A DNA stretch of 64,000 nt from Prasinococcaceae sp. CCMP 1430. Taxonomy: Eukaryota > Plantae > Prasinodermophyta. Numbering within the stretch: the stretch's first letter is position 1; the number at the start of each line of letters is the position of its first letter. The stretch is from the NCBI GenBank assembly GCA_013416795.1, contig RQSC01000028.1:276480-340479 (forward strand), given 5' to 3'. This document shows, piece by piece, positions 10,395 to 20,182 of the stretch. The notes under the pieces are model-generated. The model had not been told where the DNA came from. It did no database searches and saw only the letters and a list, made by a program, of their open reading frames with translations. Position numbers and translations under genes: made by a program.

Positions 10395-12878
10395 ATGGCC
10401 ATGGCGCGCGTGCTCAACGTCGCCGAGAAGCCGAGCGTGGCCAAGGAGGTGAGCCGCGTCCTCAGCAACGGCGGGGCTCGCTCGTCGCCCGGGAGGTCGC
10501 AGTACAACACCGTCTGGGAGTTCCCACTCAACCTGCGCGGCCAGCAGGTCATCATGGTGTTCACAAACGTGACCGGCCACCTCATGGAGATGGACTTCCC
10601 GACCGCCTATCGGAAGTGGCGATCGTGTGCGGAGGAGCAGCTCTTCACGCTTGACGTGTCGAAGAGCGTGCGCGACGCCAACGCGCGCGTGAAAGACAAT
10701 CTGGTACACCTGGCGCGCTCGTGCGACAGGCTGATGCTGTGGCTCGATTGCGACCGGGAGGGCGAGAACATCGCGTACGAGGTGATCGAAGTGTGCTGCC
10801 GCGCGAAGGCGCCGCTGCGGCACAACATCTCGCGAGCGCACTTCTCGAGTCTCAACCCGCAGGAGCTGTGGCGAGCCGTGCAGGGAGCGCGGGCGCCCGA
10901 CGAGAACCAGGCCAAGGCCGTCGACGCTCGCCAGGAGATCGACTTGCGCGTCGGCGCTGCTTTCACGCGCTTCCAGACCATGCTGCTGCAAAATCGCTTC
11001 GAGTTTCCCGACACCGGGCGCGGGGAGGATCGCGGCCCGTTGCTGTCGTACGGCCCCTGCCAGTTCCCGACGCTTGGATTCCTCGTGGAGCGCCAGTGGG
11101 AGATCGACGCGCACGATGCAGAGGAGTTCTGGGCGATCCGCGTGTCGTACGAGCCGCCGCCCCCCGCGGAGGGCTCGAAGAAGCCGCCGCCGGTGCGATT
11201 CAACTGGCAAAGAGGTCGCTTGTACGATCATCTGGTGGCCGTCATGATCTTCGAGATGTGCGTCGAAAATCCAATGGCGACGGTGGTCAAGGTGGACGAG
11301 CGCGACGAGCACCGGCGCCCGCCGCCGCCGCTGAACACCGTGGCACTGACCAAGCTGGCGTCTACCACCTTTCGCATCAGTGGCAAGAAGTGCATGGACG
11401 AGGCCGAAAAGTTGTACCAGCAAGGCTACATCTCGTACCCGCGCACGGAGACGAACATCTTCAGCCCCGAAACGGACCTCATGGCGATGGTCCAGGGCCT
11501 CGCGGGCGCGCAAGCGCCGTGGGCTAACTACGCGCAGGGGCTCGCCAACGGGCGCTTCGTGTTTCCTCAAGGCGGCGGTGAGACTGACAACGCGCATCCG
11601 CCCATCCATCCGGTGCGCTTCGACAAGCCTCCAGCCAACGCCCCGCGCGAAGCGCAGCAGATTTACGAGCTCGTCTGCCGACACTTCCTGGCGTGCTGCT
11701 CGCCGCCGGCCATGGGCGCTCGCTCAATTGCCGAAATTGATATTGCGGCCGAGCGTTTCACCGCTCGAGGGCTGATGGTCCACGATCGAAGCTTCCTTGA
11801 CGTGTACCCGTACATGCGGTGGTCAGACTCCGCGATGCCCTCGCTGGCTGTCGGTGACACCTTCCAGCCCTCGGAACTGAACCTGGACGAAGGCCAGACG
11901 CAGCCCCCGCCGCTGCTGAGCGAGGCGGACCTCATCTCCCTGATGGATAGCAACGGCATTGGCACCGACGCGACCATGCATGCCCACATCGACACCATCG
12001 TCGAGCGCTCGTACGCTGAGCGCGATCCGAATGGTCGCATGAAACCGACTCGACTGGGCATGGCACTGGTGCAGGCATACGCTGCCCTAGACCTTCAGCT
12101 GTGGAAGCCCTACCTGCGGGCGCAGATGGAGAAAGACCTCAACGATGTGGCCGCTGGCAGGAAGACGAAAGAGTCGGTCACTGATGCCTGCCTGAATTCT
12201 CTGAAGAATGCCTTTCTGAAGGCCAAGTCCGGGAGCCGGGAGCTCGTCAGCGCAGTCGGGGAGGTCTTCGAGCCCAAGCAGGGCGGCGGCGGCGGTCAGG
12301 GGGGAGCAGATGGAGGTGCTGGTCAGCACGTCGGTGGCTGCAAGCTGTGCCAGATGCCGATGCTCTACAAGCACACTGCAAACGGTAGCAGGGTGGTCGG
12401 CTGCACTGGGTACCCGCAGTGCCGCAACTCAGTGTGGCTCCCGAGCTGCGCGACAAAAGTCGAGCTCACCGACCAGCTATGCGAGCACTGCGCGAACGCG
12501 CGTGGCAATGGCCAGGGCAGGCAAGTCTTCATGTTCTCTATGGAGTTCCCGCGGCGCGTGCTTCCACCGCAGTACCGAGACAAGACGGAGTACCTTGGAT
12601 GTGTGCTGTGCAATTCCCGGCTTCGAGAGCTCTGCGACATGGTTGGTGGACCACCCGGGAACGCGGGCGGTGGAGGAGGGGGCGGTCCTGGCGTGAGAAG
12701 CGACGGCGGGGGCAGGGGGCGGGGGCGAGGCCGAAGCCGGAGCGGTCGGATCGGTGGTCGAGGCGGTGGAGGGTCGCGTTCGGGGCAATACGGAGGCAGC
12801 GCTGCAGGCGCGTCGAGCAGCACGTGCTTCAAATGTGGGCAGTCGGGCCACTTCGCTGCCGACTGCCCCAATGCCTGA
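10395..12878 (+). CDS. TOP3A: DNA topoisomerase III alpha, intronless
   Basis: TOPRIM motifs VLNVAEKPSVA and LWLDCDREGENI; QEIDLRVGAAFTRFQT; SYGPCQFPTLGF; catalytic GYISYPRTET; GIGTDAT; C-terminal C4 zinc ribbon, RGG tract and CCHC knuckle CFKCGQSGHFAADC. Confidence 0.97.
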   Translation: MAMARVLNVAEKPSVAKEVSRVLSNGGARSSPGRSQYNTVWEFPLNLRGQQVIMVFTNVTGHLMEMDFPTAYRKWRSCAEEQLFTLDVSKSVRDANARVKDNLVHLARSCDRLMLWLDCDREGENIAYEVIEVCCRAKAPLRHNISRAHFSSLNPQELWRAVQGARAPDENQAKAVDARQEIDLRVGAAFTRFQTMLLQNRFEFPDTGRGEDRGPLLSYGPCQFPTLGFLVERQWEIDAHDAEEFWAIRVSYEPPPPAEGSKKPPPVRFNWQRGRLYDHLVAVMIFEMCVENPMATVVKVDERDEHRRPPPPLNTVALTKLASTTFRISGKKCMDEAEKLYQQGYISYPRTETNIFSPETDLMAMVQGLAGAQAPWANYAQGLANGRFVFPQGGGETDNAHPPIHPVRFDKPPANAPREAQQIYELVCRHFLACCSPPAMGARSIAEIDIAAERFTARGLMVHDRSFLDVYPYMRWSDSAMPSLAVGDTFQPSELNLDEGQTQPPPLLSEADLISLMDSNGIGTDATMHAHIDTIVERSYAERDPNGRMKPTRLGMALVQAYAALDLQLWKPYLRAQMEKDLNDVAAGRKTKESVTDACLNSLKNAFLKAKSGSRELVSAVGEVFEPKQGGGGGQGGADGGAGQHVGGCKLCQMPMLYKHTANGSRVVGCTGYPQCRNSVWLPSCATKVELTDQLCEHCANARGNGQGRQVFMFSMEFPRRVLPPQYRDKTEYLGCVLCNSRLRELCDMVGGPPGNAGGGGGGGPGVRSDGGGRGRGRGRSRSGRIGGRGGGGSRSGQYGGSAAGASSSTCFKCGQSGHFAADCPNA

Positions 12879-12989
12879 CGCTCGTGCGCTGGAGAACAGG
12901 GCACGCCGCGGCGACTGTGTTGCGGCGCGCCGCTTGTACACGTGTACACGTATTAATTACTTTGATTTGGATCGACCGTCCGCGGGGAT

Positions 12990-14969
12990 TCACTCGAGCA
13001 CCCAGCCCTGCTCGGCGTCGTGCAGTGCCGCCGCATCCTTCCAACCCTGGAACTGCTCGCGGCGGCTGAGGACCCACTCGGCCGACTCCTTGAGCGTGCG
13101 CGGGGTATCTGGGCATTTGGACATGCACACCTGCTCCCCGACGACGCCGCCAGGCATGCCCGGAGTACGCGTCCAGCAGCTCTGCCAGCAAGGCATCAGC
13201 GCCTCGCTCGTTTCCAGGCCGTTTTGCTTTTCCTTGTTCGGGATGTTCCAGATGAGCGCGCCGCCGTACGCCCACGTGCGCTCGCACGTGTACTGGCGAG
13301 CCGCCGGGCGATACTTCCACGGGTGATCGGGCCAACAACCAAACACCGTGTGCCACTCCCCATGGTCGCTCAGGCACCCCACGCAGTACTCGTCCGCGCC
13401 AATGCAGTTAAGGCTGGTATGCTTGCACTTGACGCTTGGCTCCTCCATCTGCGCGTCCATCGCCGCAGCCATCGCGGCCGACTGCTCACGCAAGGCGGCC
13501 ACACGGATGGCCATGTCGGGCCCCGCCGCCTCCAGCCGTTTCTGGAACACACGTGAGGCGGCTGCGTATATTTTGGTATCGAGCTTGACTGCATTGCGAA
13601 TACGGCCCATGATGGCATTGGCCTCCTCCTTACGCTCCGGCGTGACTTCGACGTCCGGCAGCAGCCCATGCTCGCCTTCCGGTGAGTTGCCGTCTATCAC
13701 CACGAACGGCTGTGGCTGCACGCACATGTCCATCGACCAGTTCCCCGCGCGGTCGCGCAGCGCCGGCAGACAGCCATGCTGGTTGCACGCATTACGGCGC
13801 ACGGCAGCGATCATAGCCGGTGTCATCTTTTGGTCCTTTGCGTACCGGCGCTGGACGGCGTCAACCTCGCGCGAGGTTTTGGATTGCAGGTTGACGGCGC
13901 GCTGGAACTGCAGATCAGCGCGAGCCTCGTCGGACACATCCTTGTCCGGCGCGACATAGCTGCGCTTGTCTTTCTTCGTGAGCGAGCCTGCACCATGCCT
14001 CACGTTGGTGGCGACGTACCCCACGTGCTGCAGGCCTATTTCGTCCGCGAGTAGCAAAACGCTCTCGTCGAACTTCTCCATCACACCCACGAAGTCGTAC
14101 ATCGAGAGCACCCCCAGAGCGAGTCGCTGCATGTACTCCGAGCCCTCCTCATGAAAGGACTGAATGCCGGATTCGTGGGTAAGGTCGCCACCAGCGCGCC
14201 AGAAGTGATCCGCACCGACGATCATGCGCGTCTGGATGTTCGGCAGAGGCTCCCACATGCACAGCGGCACCGATCCGGCGACCCAGTGCTGGTGCCACGA
14301 CAGGTACAGATCGACCGGGTCGCGCACCATCGACACGATCTTCACGTCGCAGCGCCCGCGGAGCAGTTCCTTGAGCCCGAGCACGTCCGGCAGCACACGC
14401 GTCGCGATTGACTGCTCTGCGCCCTTGCCGTGCACCTCGACAAGCATACGGAAGTCCTTGAGTGCGTTCTCCTCCGCAGGCGCCTCCGCGGCCGCGCGCA
14501 CGCGTGCGAGGAACGCGTACCACATGATGTCACGGCCTGTGGACGGCGCATAGGAGAAGAAATCCCACTCGCCCCACTGCGACTGCCTCTGCATCAGAGC
14601 GCGTAGCGTCGTACCGCCCGTCTTCTCGAGGTGGTGGAGCACCACCACTGAGCACTCTGGCAGCGGCGTGTTGACGATCTTGATCTCGCTGTTGCCTGCC
14701 AGGCCAGAGTAGCGCTCGCCCGACGGCGCGCGCTCCTCGCGCGCACCCGTGGCCAACCCCAGGCCCATACCCTCGTCGTGCTCGCGAAAGGCCGCCGCGT
14801 CCGCTTCTGCGAGCCTGCGCGCGCCCGCGCCATGCTCAACGCCGGCTTCGGCGCCGCCCTCGCCCAGCACGCGTGCTGCGCCCGCACCACGGGCGACCAG
14901 CAACGGTGGAGCGCAAGCGGCGACCGCCAGCAGCGCGAGCGCGGGCAGGACGGCGCGTGGCGGCGCCAT
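12990..14969 (-). CDS. Signal-anchored sulfotransferase (Sulfotransfer_2/Gal3ST-like) with a Cys/Trp-rich C-terminal region
   Basis: N-terminal hydrophobic signal. PAPS-binding-like LHHLEKTGGTTL, SMVRDPVDLYLSW, and YDFVGVMEKFDESVLLL. Confidence 0.7.
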   Translation of the reverse strand: MAPPRAVLPALALLAVAACAPPLLVARGAGAARVLGEGGAEAGVEHGAGARRLAEADAAAFREHDEGMGLGLATGAREERAPSGERYSGLAGNSEIKIVNTPLPECSVVVLHHLEKTGGTTLRALMQRQSQWGEWDFFSYAPSTGRDIMWYAFLARVRAAAEAPAEENALKDFRMLVEVHGKGAEQSIATRVLPDVLGLKELLRGRCDVKIVSMVRDPVDLYLSWHQHWVAGSVPLCMWEPLPNIQTRMIVGADHFWRAGGDLTHESGIQSFHEEGSEYMQRLALGVLSMYDFVGVMEKFDESVLLLADEIGLQHVGYVATNVRHGAGSLTKKDKRSYVAPDKDVSDEARADLQFQRAVNLQSKTSREVDAVQRRYAKDQKMTPAMIAAVRRNACNQHGCLPALRDRAGNWSMDMCVQPQPFVVIDGNSPEGEHGLLPDVEVTPERKEEANAIMGRIRNAVKLDTKIYAAASRVFQKRLEAAGPDMAIRVAALREQSAAMAAAMDAQMEEPSVKCKHTSLNCIGADEYCVGCLSDHGEWHTVFGCWPDHPWKYRPAARQYTCERTWAYGGALIWNIPNKEKQNGLETSEALMPCWQSCWTRTPGMPGGVVGEQVCMSKCPDTPRTLKESAEWVLSRREQFQGWKDAAALHDAEQGWVLE

Positions 14970-15522
14970 ATCCCCCCACCCCACCCCACCCCACCGCACC
15001 CCACCCCGCCCCGCGCAACGGGAGGGGCGGCGATGGGTGGATGGTGGATGGGGAGTGAGGGGCAGCCGCCGCGTTGGCGCGTGCAGTGTGGCCGGCGGCG
15101 ATCTGCGGCCTGAACTTCAGAACTCTGTCCTGCTCCACACACCCTGCTGCTCCGCGCGGGAGCGCAACGGCGCCACACCCGCGCTGCCCCGGCGCCCCAC
15201 CCGTGCTGCACCGCGCCGCGCCACCACGACCGTGCGCGCTGCCGCCCAATCGGCCGGCGCGCGCGGGTGGGGGCGAGCGCGTGGGCGGCACTGGTTCGGT
15301 GAGGGAGGGGCGGGCGGTGGGGGCGCGCCCCCAACGGTGCACCTGCGCCGCGGCCAGTGGATACGCACGGCGCCCGTGCCAGCCGTGGCCAAGGCGAGGG
15401 GTGGCTGGTGATAGCGGCGACGGTGAGTAGCAGCGGCGACGACGCAGCTGCGACGGTGGTGGCAGGAGGGTCGACCGGGGGGGAGAGGGCCATCTACGAT
15501 GTCAACCTGGACCATAACTTGT

Positions 15523-15571
<49 letters not shown>
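15523..15571 (+). repeat. 49-nt poly-G run ending 10 nt before the PAT start codon
   Basis: Directly counted. Confidence 0.95.
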
Positions 15572-15572
<1 letters not shown>

Positions 15573-15580
15573 GAAGGAGG

Positions 15581-16603
15581 ATGGGCGGGTATGACCTGTT
15601 CAAGTACTTCCGCCCGCTCAAAGCCATTGGCAGTCTGATGATCCTGCTCGTGCTGGGCATCGTGGGAGTCAACTACCACTCGATAGTCGTGCGCAGCAAC
15701 AGCTACGGGCAGGCCGCGCTTGGTCATGCGACGGCCGCCAGCGGGGCTGCTTCGCTCGGCCGCGCGGGCTCGGCGGCGCTGGTTTTAGTCTTCCACCTGC
15801 TGGTGGGCATGCTCCTGTGGTGCTACTTCTCGGCGGTGTTTGCGGACAACTCGGTGCCCGCTGGCTGGCTGCCTGACGAGGCCTTCACCGAGGATGGCGA
15901 GCGGCTCGAGGGAGCCGCCATCGCGCGGTACCCCGACCCGAAGCGTTTGTACAACCGCCACGGGCGCGTGCGCTTCTGCCGCAAGTGCCGTGAGTTCAAG
16001 CCTCCGCGCTCGCACCACTGCTCGATCTGCGGCAAGTGCGTGCTCAAGATGGACCACCACTGCATCTGGGTAGTGAACTGCGTGGGCAACGCCAACTACA
16101 AGGCGTTCCTGCTCTTCCTCTTCTATACACTCGTCACATGCACGTACGCCTTCGCCGCGCTGCTGCCGGACGTGCTCGATTCGTTCGGAAGCAGCCCGAA
16201 GGGCGGTGGGATGCAGGACGGCAACATGGCCGGTCCGTTCCTCGCGGCGGTGCTCGACATAGCATTCGTGCTGGCCGTCACGGGTTTCATAATCATGCAC
16301 TTCGGCCTCGTGCGCGCCAACACAACCACTATTGAGAGCTTCGAGAAGCTCACACCAGGCCGGCGGTGGATGTACGACGTTGGCGCGCAGCGTAATTGGG
16401 AACAGGTGATGGGCGCGCGACGCGCGTGGTGGCTCGTGCCCTGCTACTCGCCGCACGACCGCGCCGCGCACGCCGAAGTGCGCTCAGGCCTCGACTTCCC
16501 CGTGGCAATGCTATCCGAAGGAATGGAGGGCACGGCGGGCTCCGGCGCGGACATCGAAGCTGGTGCGGGCGGCAGCGTGCGCTCTCGCAACTCAAACTTG
16601 TAG
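15581..16603 (+). CDS. DHHC-type protein S-acyltransferase (plant PAT13/14-like)
   Basis: RFCRKCREFKPPRSHHCSICGKCVLKMDHHCIWVVNCVG and NTTTIE. The N-terminus LFKYFRPLKAIGSLMILLVLGIVGV resembles plant PAT13/14. Confidence 0.95.
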   Translation: MGGYDLFKYFRPLKAIGSLMILLVLGIVGVNYHSIVVRSNSYGQAALGHATAASGAASLGRAGSAALVLVFHLLVGMLLWCYFSAVFADNSVPAGWLPDEAFTEDGERLEGAAIARYPDPKRLYNRHGRVRFCRKCREFKPPRSHHCSICGKCVLKMDHHCIWVVNCVGNANYKAFLLFLFYTLVTCTYAFAALLPDVLDSFGSSPKGGGMQDGNMAGPFLAAVLDIAFVLAVTGFIIMHFGLVRANTTTIESFEKLTPGRRWMYDVGAQRNWEQVMGARRAWWLVPCYSPHDRAAHAEVRSGLDFPVAMLSEGMEGTAGSGADIEAGAGGSVRSRNSNL

Positions 16604-16827
16604 ATCTATTCTCGCAATGGCAGCGGGCGCCGCATGTTGCCTCGCGCCATCTTGTAAACAATTAATCGGCGTGGCGTCGAGCTCTGCAGGCGCAGCGCAG
16701 TGCGTCGCGAGAGCGCAGGTCGTGCCGAGGACGTGGCGCGCTCGCGCCTGGTCGCTCATCGGTGTGTTTATCGTACGTGCGGCAGAGGGCGTGCCGGCGA
16801 ATGCAGGCGCGCGCGTTGGGGCGCCCC

Positions 16828-17621
16828 CTATCGCTTCATGACCTCTTGCGGGTAGAAGCGGAAGTGCAGGTCGGCCACGTCATCGCCATGCACCTTCGTC
16901 CAGCCCTCCTCTGTCACGTGATAGACGCTCACAGTGCCACCCGAGTACGCGTCGCGGTACGTCGCGTGGTAGATGGAACGCTGCCCCAGCTTGATCGCGT
17001 CCTCCACGCTCATGTCGTAGTCGTAGCCGCGGTCGAGCACGCCATAGGCGTATGTGCTGCCGGATCCCACGGAAAAGCGCTGCCCCTTGATGCGAGATCC
17101 GTCGCTGTCGACGTAGTACAGCCCGGGACCGTCCGGATCCCACCCCGCCACCATTGTGCCCATGCTCAGCCCCTTGCCGCGGTACGAGTACAGCGTGTTC
17201 GCCAGCAGCTTCGACGCCGCGCCCACCGTGATGCGCTTCTTGTGCGCGAGCTCGTGCAGACGGCACTGGGTACCCAGGTTGCGCTGCCAGTACTGGCAGT
17301 CGGCGGCACCGCCGGCCATGGTGCCCAGCAGGTAGGGGTTGATCTCGATGACCTTCTTCACAGTCTGCGACGAGATCGACGGGCCCTGCGACGCGCGCGA
17401 GTCCACCGCGATGATCACGCCGCCCTGGAAGATGAAGCCCAGCGTGGTCGTGCCATGGGCCGGCTTGACATAGTTGATCACCTCGCGCTCGAAGGCGTCC
17501 TGGGAGTCGAGCTGTTGTGCCGACGCCGGCGCACGCATGTGCCACGCAGCGGAAGCGGTGCGCGCGCGCGCGCGCGCGTCAGATCCCCGCACACAGGCCG
17601 CGGCGCCAGCGCTCGCCGCAT
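16828..17621 (-). CDS. PSMB5: 20S proteasome subunit beta type-5; first exon tentative (17621-17595), main exon 17511-16828
   Basis: HG|[52 protein letters not shown] and [11 protein letters not shown] ctgac branch and cag acceptor at 17512 precede the propeptide remnant. Confidence 0.95.
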
Positions 17622-17691
17622 GCTTGGCGCGAGCGCGCGCGGGCTGGTTGGGGCGGGGCGCGGGAAATAGATCGCTCGCGTGCGCCCCATC

Positions 17692-17939
17692 TCACTGAGC
17701 CGCGGGCGGCGCCGTCCCACACCGCGTTCGGTGCGCATCCCCCGGCGCGCGCTCGCCACGGCGCACGCGCTCGTCTTGCGCTTCGGCGGCGATCCCGCCG
17801 GCGCCGCCTCCGCCTCCGCCACCGGCTTCGGCTTCGGCTTCGGCGCGGCCGCGGGCGCCTGCGCCGCAGGCTTCTTTGCGAAGAAGGACATGATCGAGCG
17901 CTGCCCCGGCTTGGCGCCGCCGCCCTTCGAGGCCGGCAT
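17692..17939 (-). CDS. Short basic ORF with an N-terminal PIP-box-like motif (QRSIMSFF); 3' end unresolved
   Basis: ATG at 17939 gives MPASKGGGAKPGQRSIMSFFAKKPAAQAPAAAPKPKPKP...PPKRKT with coding-like codon bias. It has no recognisable downstream domain. Confidence 0.45.
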
Positions 17940-18166
17940 CGCTGCCGCCGGGGGGCTTGCGGCGGGGAAGCGGAAGGGTGGCGACGAGGAAGAGGCTCGC
18001 GATGGGAAGGAGGAGAGGGGAGAGGAGGGCGCGGGACGTGTGCGCGCGCGCGCGCGTGCGCGTGTGCGAGCGAGCGAGCGCCGTAGGCGACAGGGGAGGG
18101 AGGGCCGTAGAGGCAGGCAGGCAGTCGACACAAGGGGGGGCGGGCTCGCGAGCGCACGGGGCGGGC

Positions 18167-18595
18167 ATGGCGATGGATGCCGGCGAGGCTACTGCGCTAT
18201 GCGATGAGATGGATGCGGCGCTGGGTGCGCTGATGCCCGCGACGGGGGCCGCCGCCGACGCGCTGCGCGCCGACACCGAGGCGCGTCGCTTCTTCGCAGC
18301 GGCACGCGCACTGCGGCTCGCACTCGTGCGCGCGCGTGCTGCGGCGGCTGTCGACAGCGTGGCGGCGCTCGAGGACGAGGTGGCAGGGCTGCGCGCAGAC
18401 CTGGACGAGGGCAAGGCCATCGTCGAGCGCAGACGAGCTGATGCCGCGCGCTGGAGGGGCATGCTAGAGGGCGCGCGGGGCGATGTTCAGAAGGCCTCGC
18501 GTCTCGCTCCCTCCGCAGGCAGCAGCGAGGGCGCCGATGGCGCCGACCCGAAGGCTGAAGCAGACGCGGATAATGAAGCCATGGCACTAGGGTAG
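18167..18595 (+). CDS. Mediator subunit 28-like helical protein
   Basis: ARRFFAAARAL...LEDEVAGLRADLDEGKAIVERRRADAARWRGML resembles the Med28 pattern (F..AA..L / EI..L..EL..K..L...W...L). Similarity is recalled only. Confidence 0.55.
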   Translation: MAMDAGEATALCDEMDAALGALMPATGAAADALRADTEARRFFAAARALRLALVRARAAAAVDSVAALEDEVAGLRADLDEGKAIVERRRADAARWRGMLEGARGDVQKASRLAPSAGSSEGADGADPKAEADADNEAMALG

Positions 18596-18867
18596 GCGCG
18601 CTCTAAAGCGCGTCGACAAGGCCCTCCTCGGCTCCGACACGGACTCTCGTAATATGTCAGCGATGTGATGATATATGCGTGGTGATGCCACAGCTGCACG
18701 CACGTGCTTTAGCGGGCGAGCTGCGGCGAGAGTGCAGGCACGCTCTCCAGCGCGCGCGCACATGCGAGCGCGCATGCGCACACTGGCGCGCCCCAGCGCG
18801 CGCGATCGCTTGACTGCCACGGGCGTTGGCGCCCTTTTCCCCCATCCCGCCGAACCCCTCCTTTCGC

Positions 18868-19756
18868 TCACTTCCTGGTGATTACATCCCGCACACGCAA
18901 CATGACGGACTCGTCGTCGAGCTCCGTCGTGTCGGTCGCCTGCATCTCGAGTGATACGCCCTGGAAGGTGCCCTTGAAAGCGTCCTTCGAGGACGCGTAC
19001 AGCATTTTCTGCTTGATGCGCGCACTGTCCGGATTGTACAATGCGAACACGATCTTGTCGAAGCGGCACTCGTCCTTGTTAATGTACACCTTGTCCAGCA
19101 CAGCGAAGCGGGGCTGGTCGTCCGGCAGCGCCGCGAGGAAATCCTCGTGGCTGCTGTCTGGCCCGCCCGCCGTGTCGATGACCTTGGGGCGCGCGCACCA
19201 CGCCGTCGTGCGAGCGTGCGAGTCAGCACGGAGGGCGGGCGAGGAACAGAGTATGCACTGCCGGACTGGTGCTTGCGAGCGCCGCTACCGCGGGTGGCAG
19301 CGCGCGCGCGTTGGTATCGCTGACCTGGACCGCCACGTACCGTCATCCCCAGCTGCTGGTCGACCTTGTAGATGATCCACTTGAACGCCTTGCGCTTCTT
19401 CATCATGTCGAAGGCCTGCACGCACTCGGCGCACGTCTGCACACCCGAGACGCTCTTCCCCGAGGACGACACCGGCGACTTGTCGTTCGGTATGTCGATG
19501 GGCGGCGGCGCCGTCCCCGTGTGCGAGGGCGCAACGGGCGTGGCTGCTGGTTCTGGCGCGGGTGCGGGCTTGGGCGGCGGAGGGGCGGGGGAGGCCAAGG
19601 CCAAGGAACTTCTGGTGGGGGCGCCTGCGCGGGCGCCCCGCCGAGCGCGCCGGCGAACTTCTCGGCGACCTCGGCGCGCTCGCCGTCCGTCAGGCCGAGG
19701 TCGCCGATCACGTCGGCGAGCGCCAGCGCCAGCGCGACGGCCTTCTCGCACGACAT
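18868..19756 (-). CDS. ADF: Actin-depolymerizing factor/cofilin with an N-terminal extension; intron 19340-19183; frame break at about 19569-19624
   Basis: SGVQTCAECVQAFDMMKKRKAFKWIIYKVD, FLAALPDDQPRFAV and PDSARIKQKMLYASSKDAFK...EMQATD. The ACG|gtacgt donor and aag acceptor are in frame. Confidence 0.85.
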
Positions 19757-20182
19757 GGCCGCGAAGGGTGGAGGCGGGGGGGGGCGCCCGCCGCGCGCTG
19801 TGGCTGCGTCGCGCGCGCGAGAGAGAGATTGCCATCAGACAATTTTCGAACCGCGGGACGCGCGCCGCGCGCCGCGCGCGCTCGCCAGGTCAAAACCAAT
19901 TGCGCTTGCGCTTGACGCGAAGCTGTGGACAAAGATGGGCAGTATTATGTGGCGGGCCCGTGTAGGCTGGCCTGCGTAGTGAGCGGGCAAGGCGTGCTCC
20001 CGTGCGACCCCGTAGCCCCCTGGGCGCGTCGGCCGCCGCCTTCGCGTGCGCCGCAGGCCGTTAGCTGACGCGGGCGAGGGAGGTGGGGGGATGGGAGGGC
20101 GCGTGGGACCCACTCCGAGAGACGCGTTTCCTATAAGCTACTCTCGCCCTGGCCAAAGCCACCGGTGTGCAGGTTCGAGGAC

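Noticed and set aside
9690-11684. Long antisense and alternative-frame ORFs (also 69-1046, 20477-22399, 32653-33948, 42028-42783 and many others)
   Set aside because: Shadow ORFs expected from high GC and strong codon bias. They overlap recognisable genes and have no domain signal.
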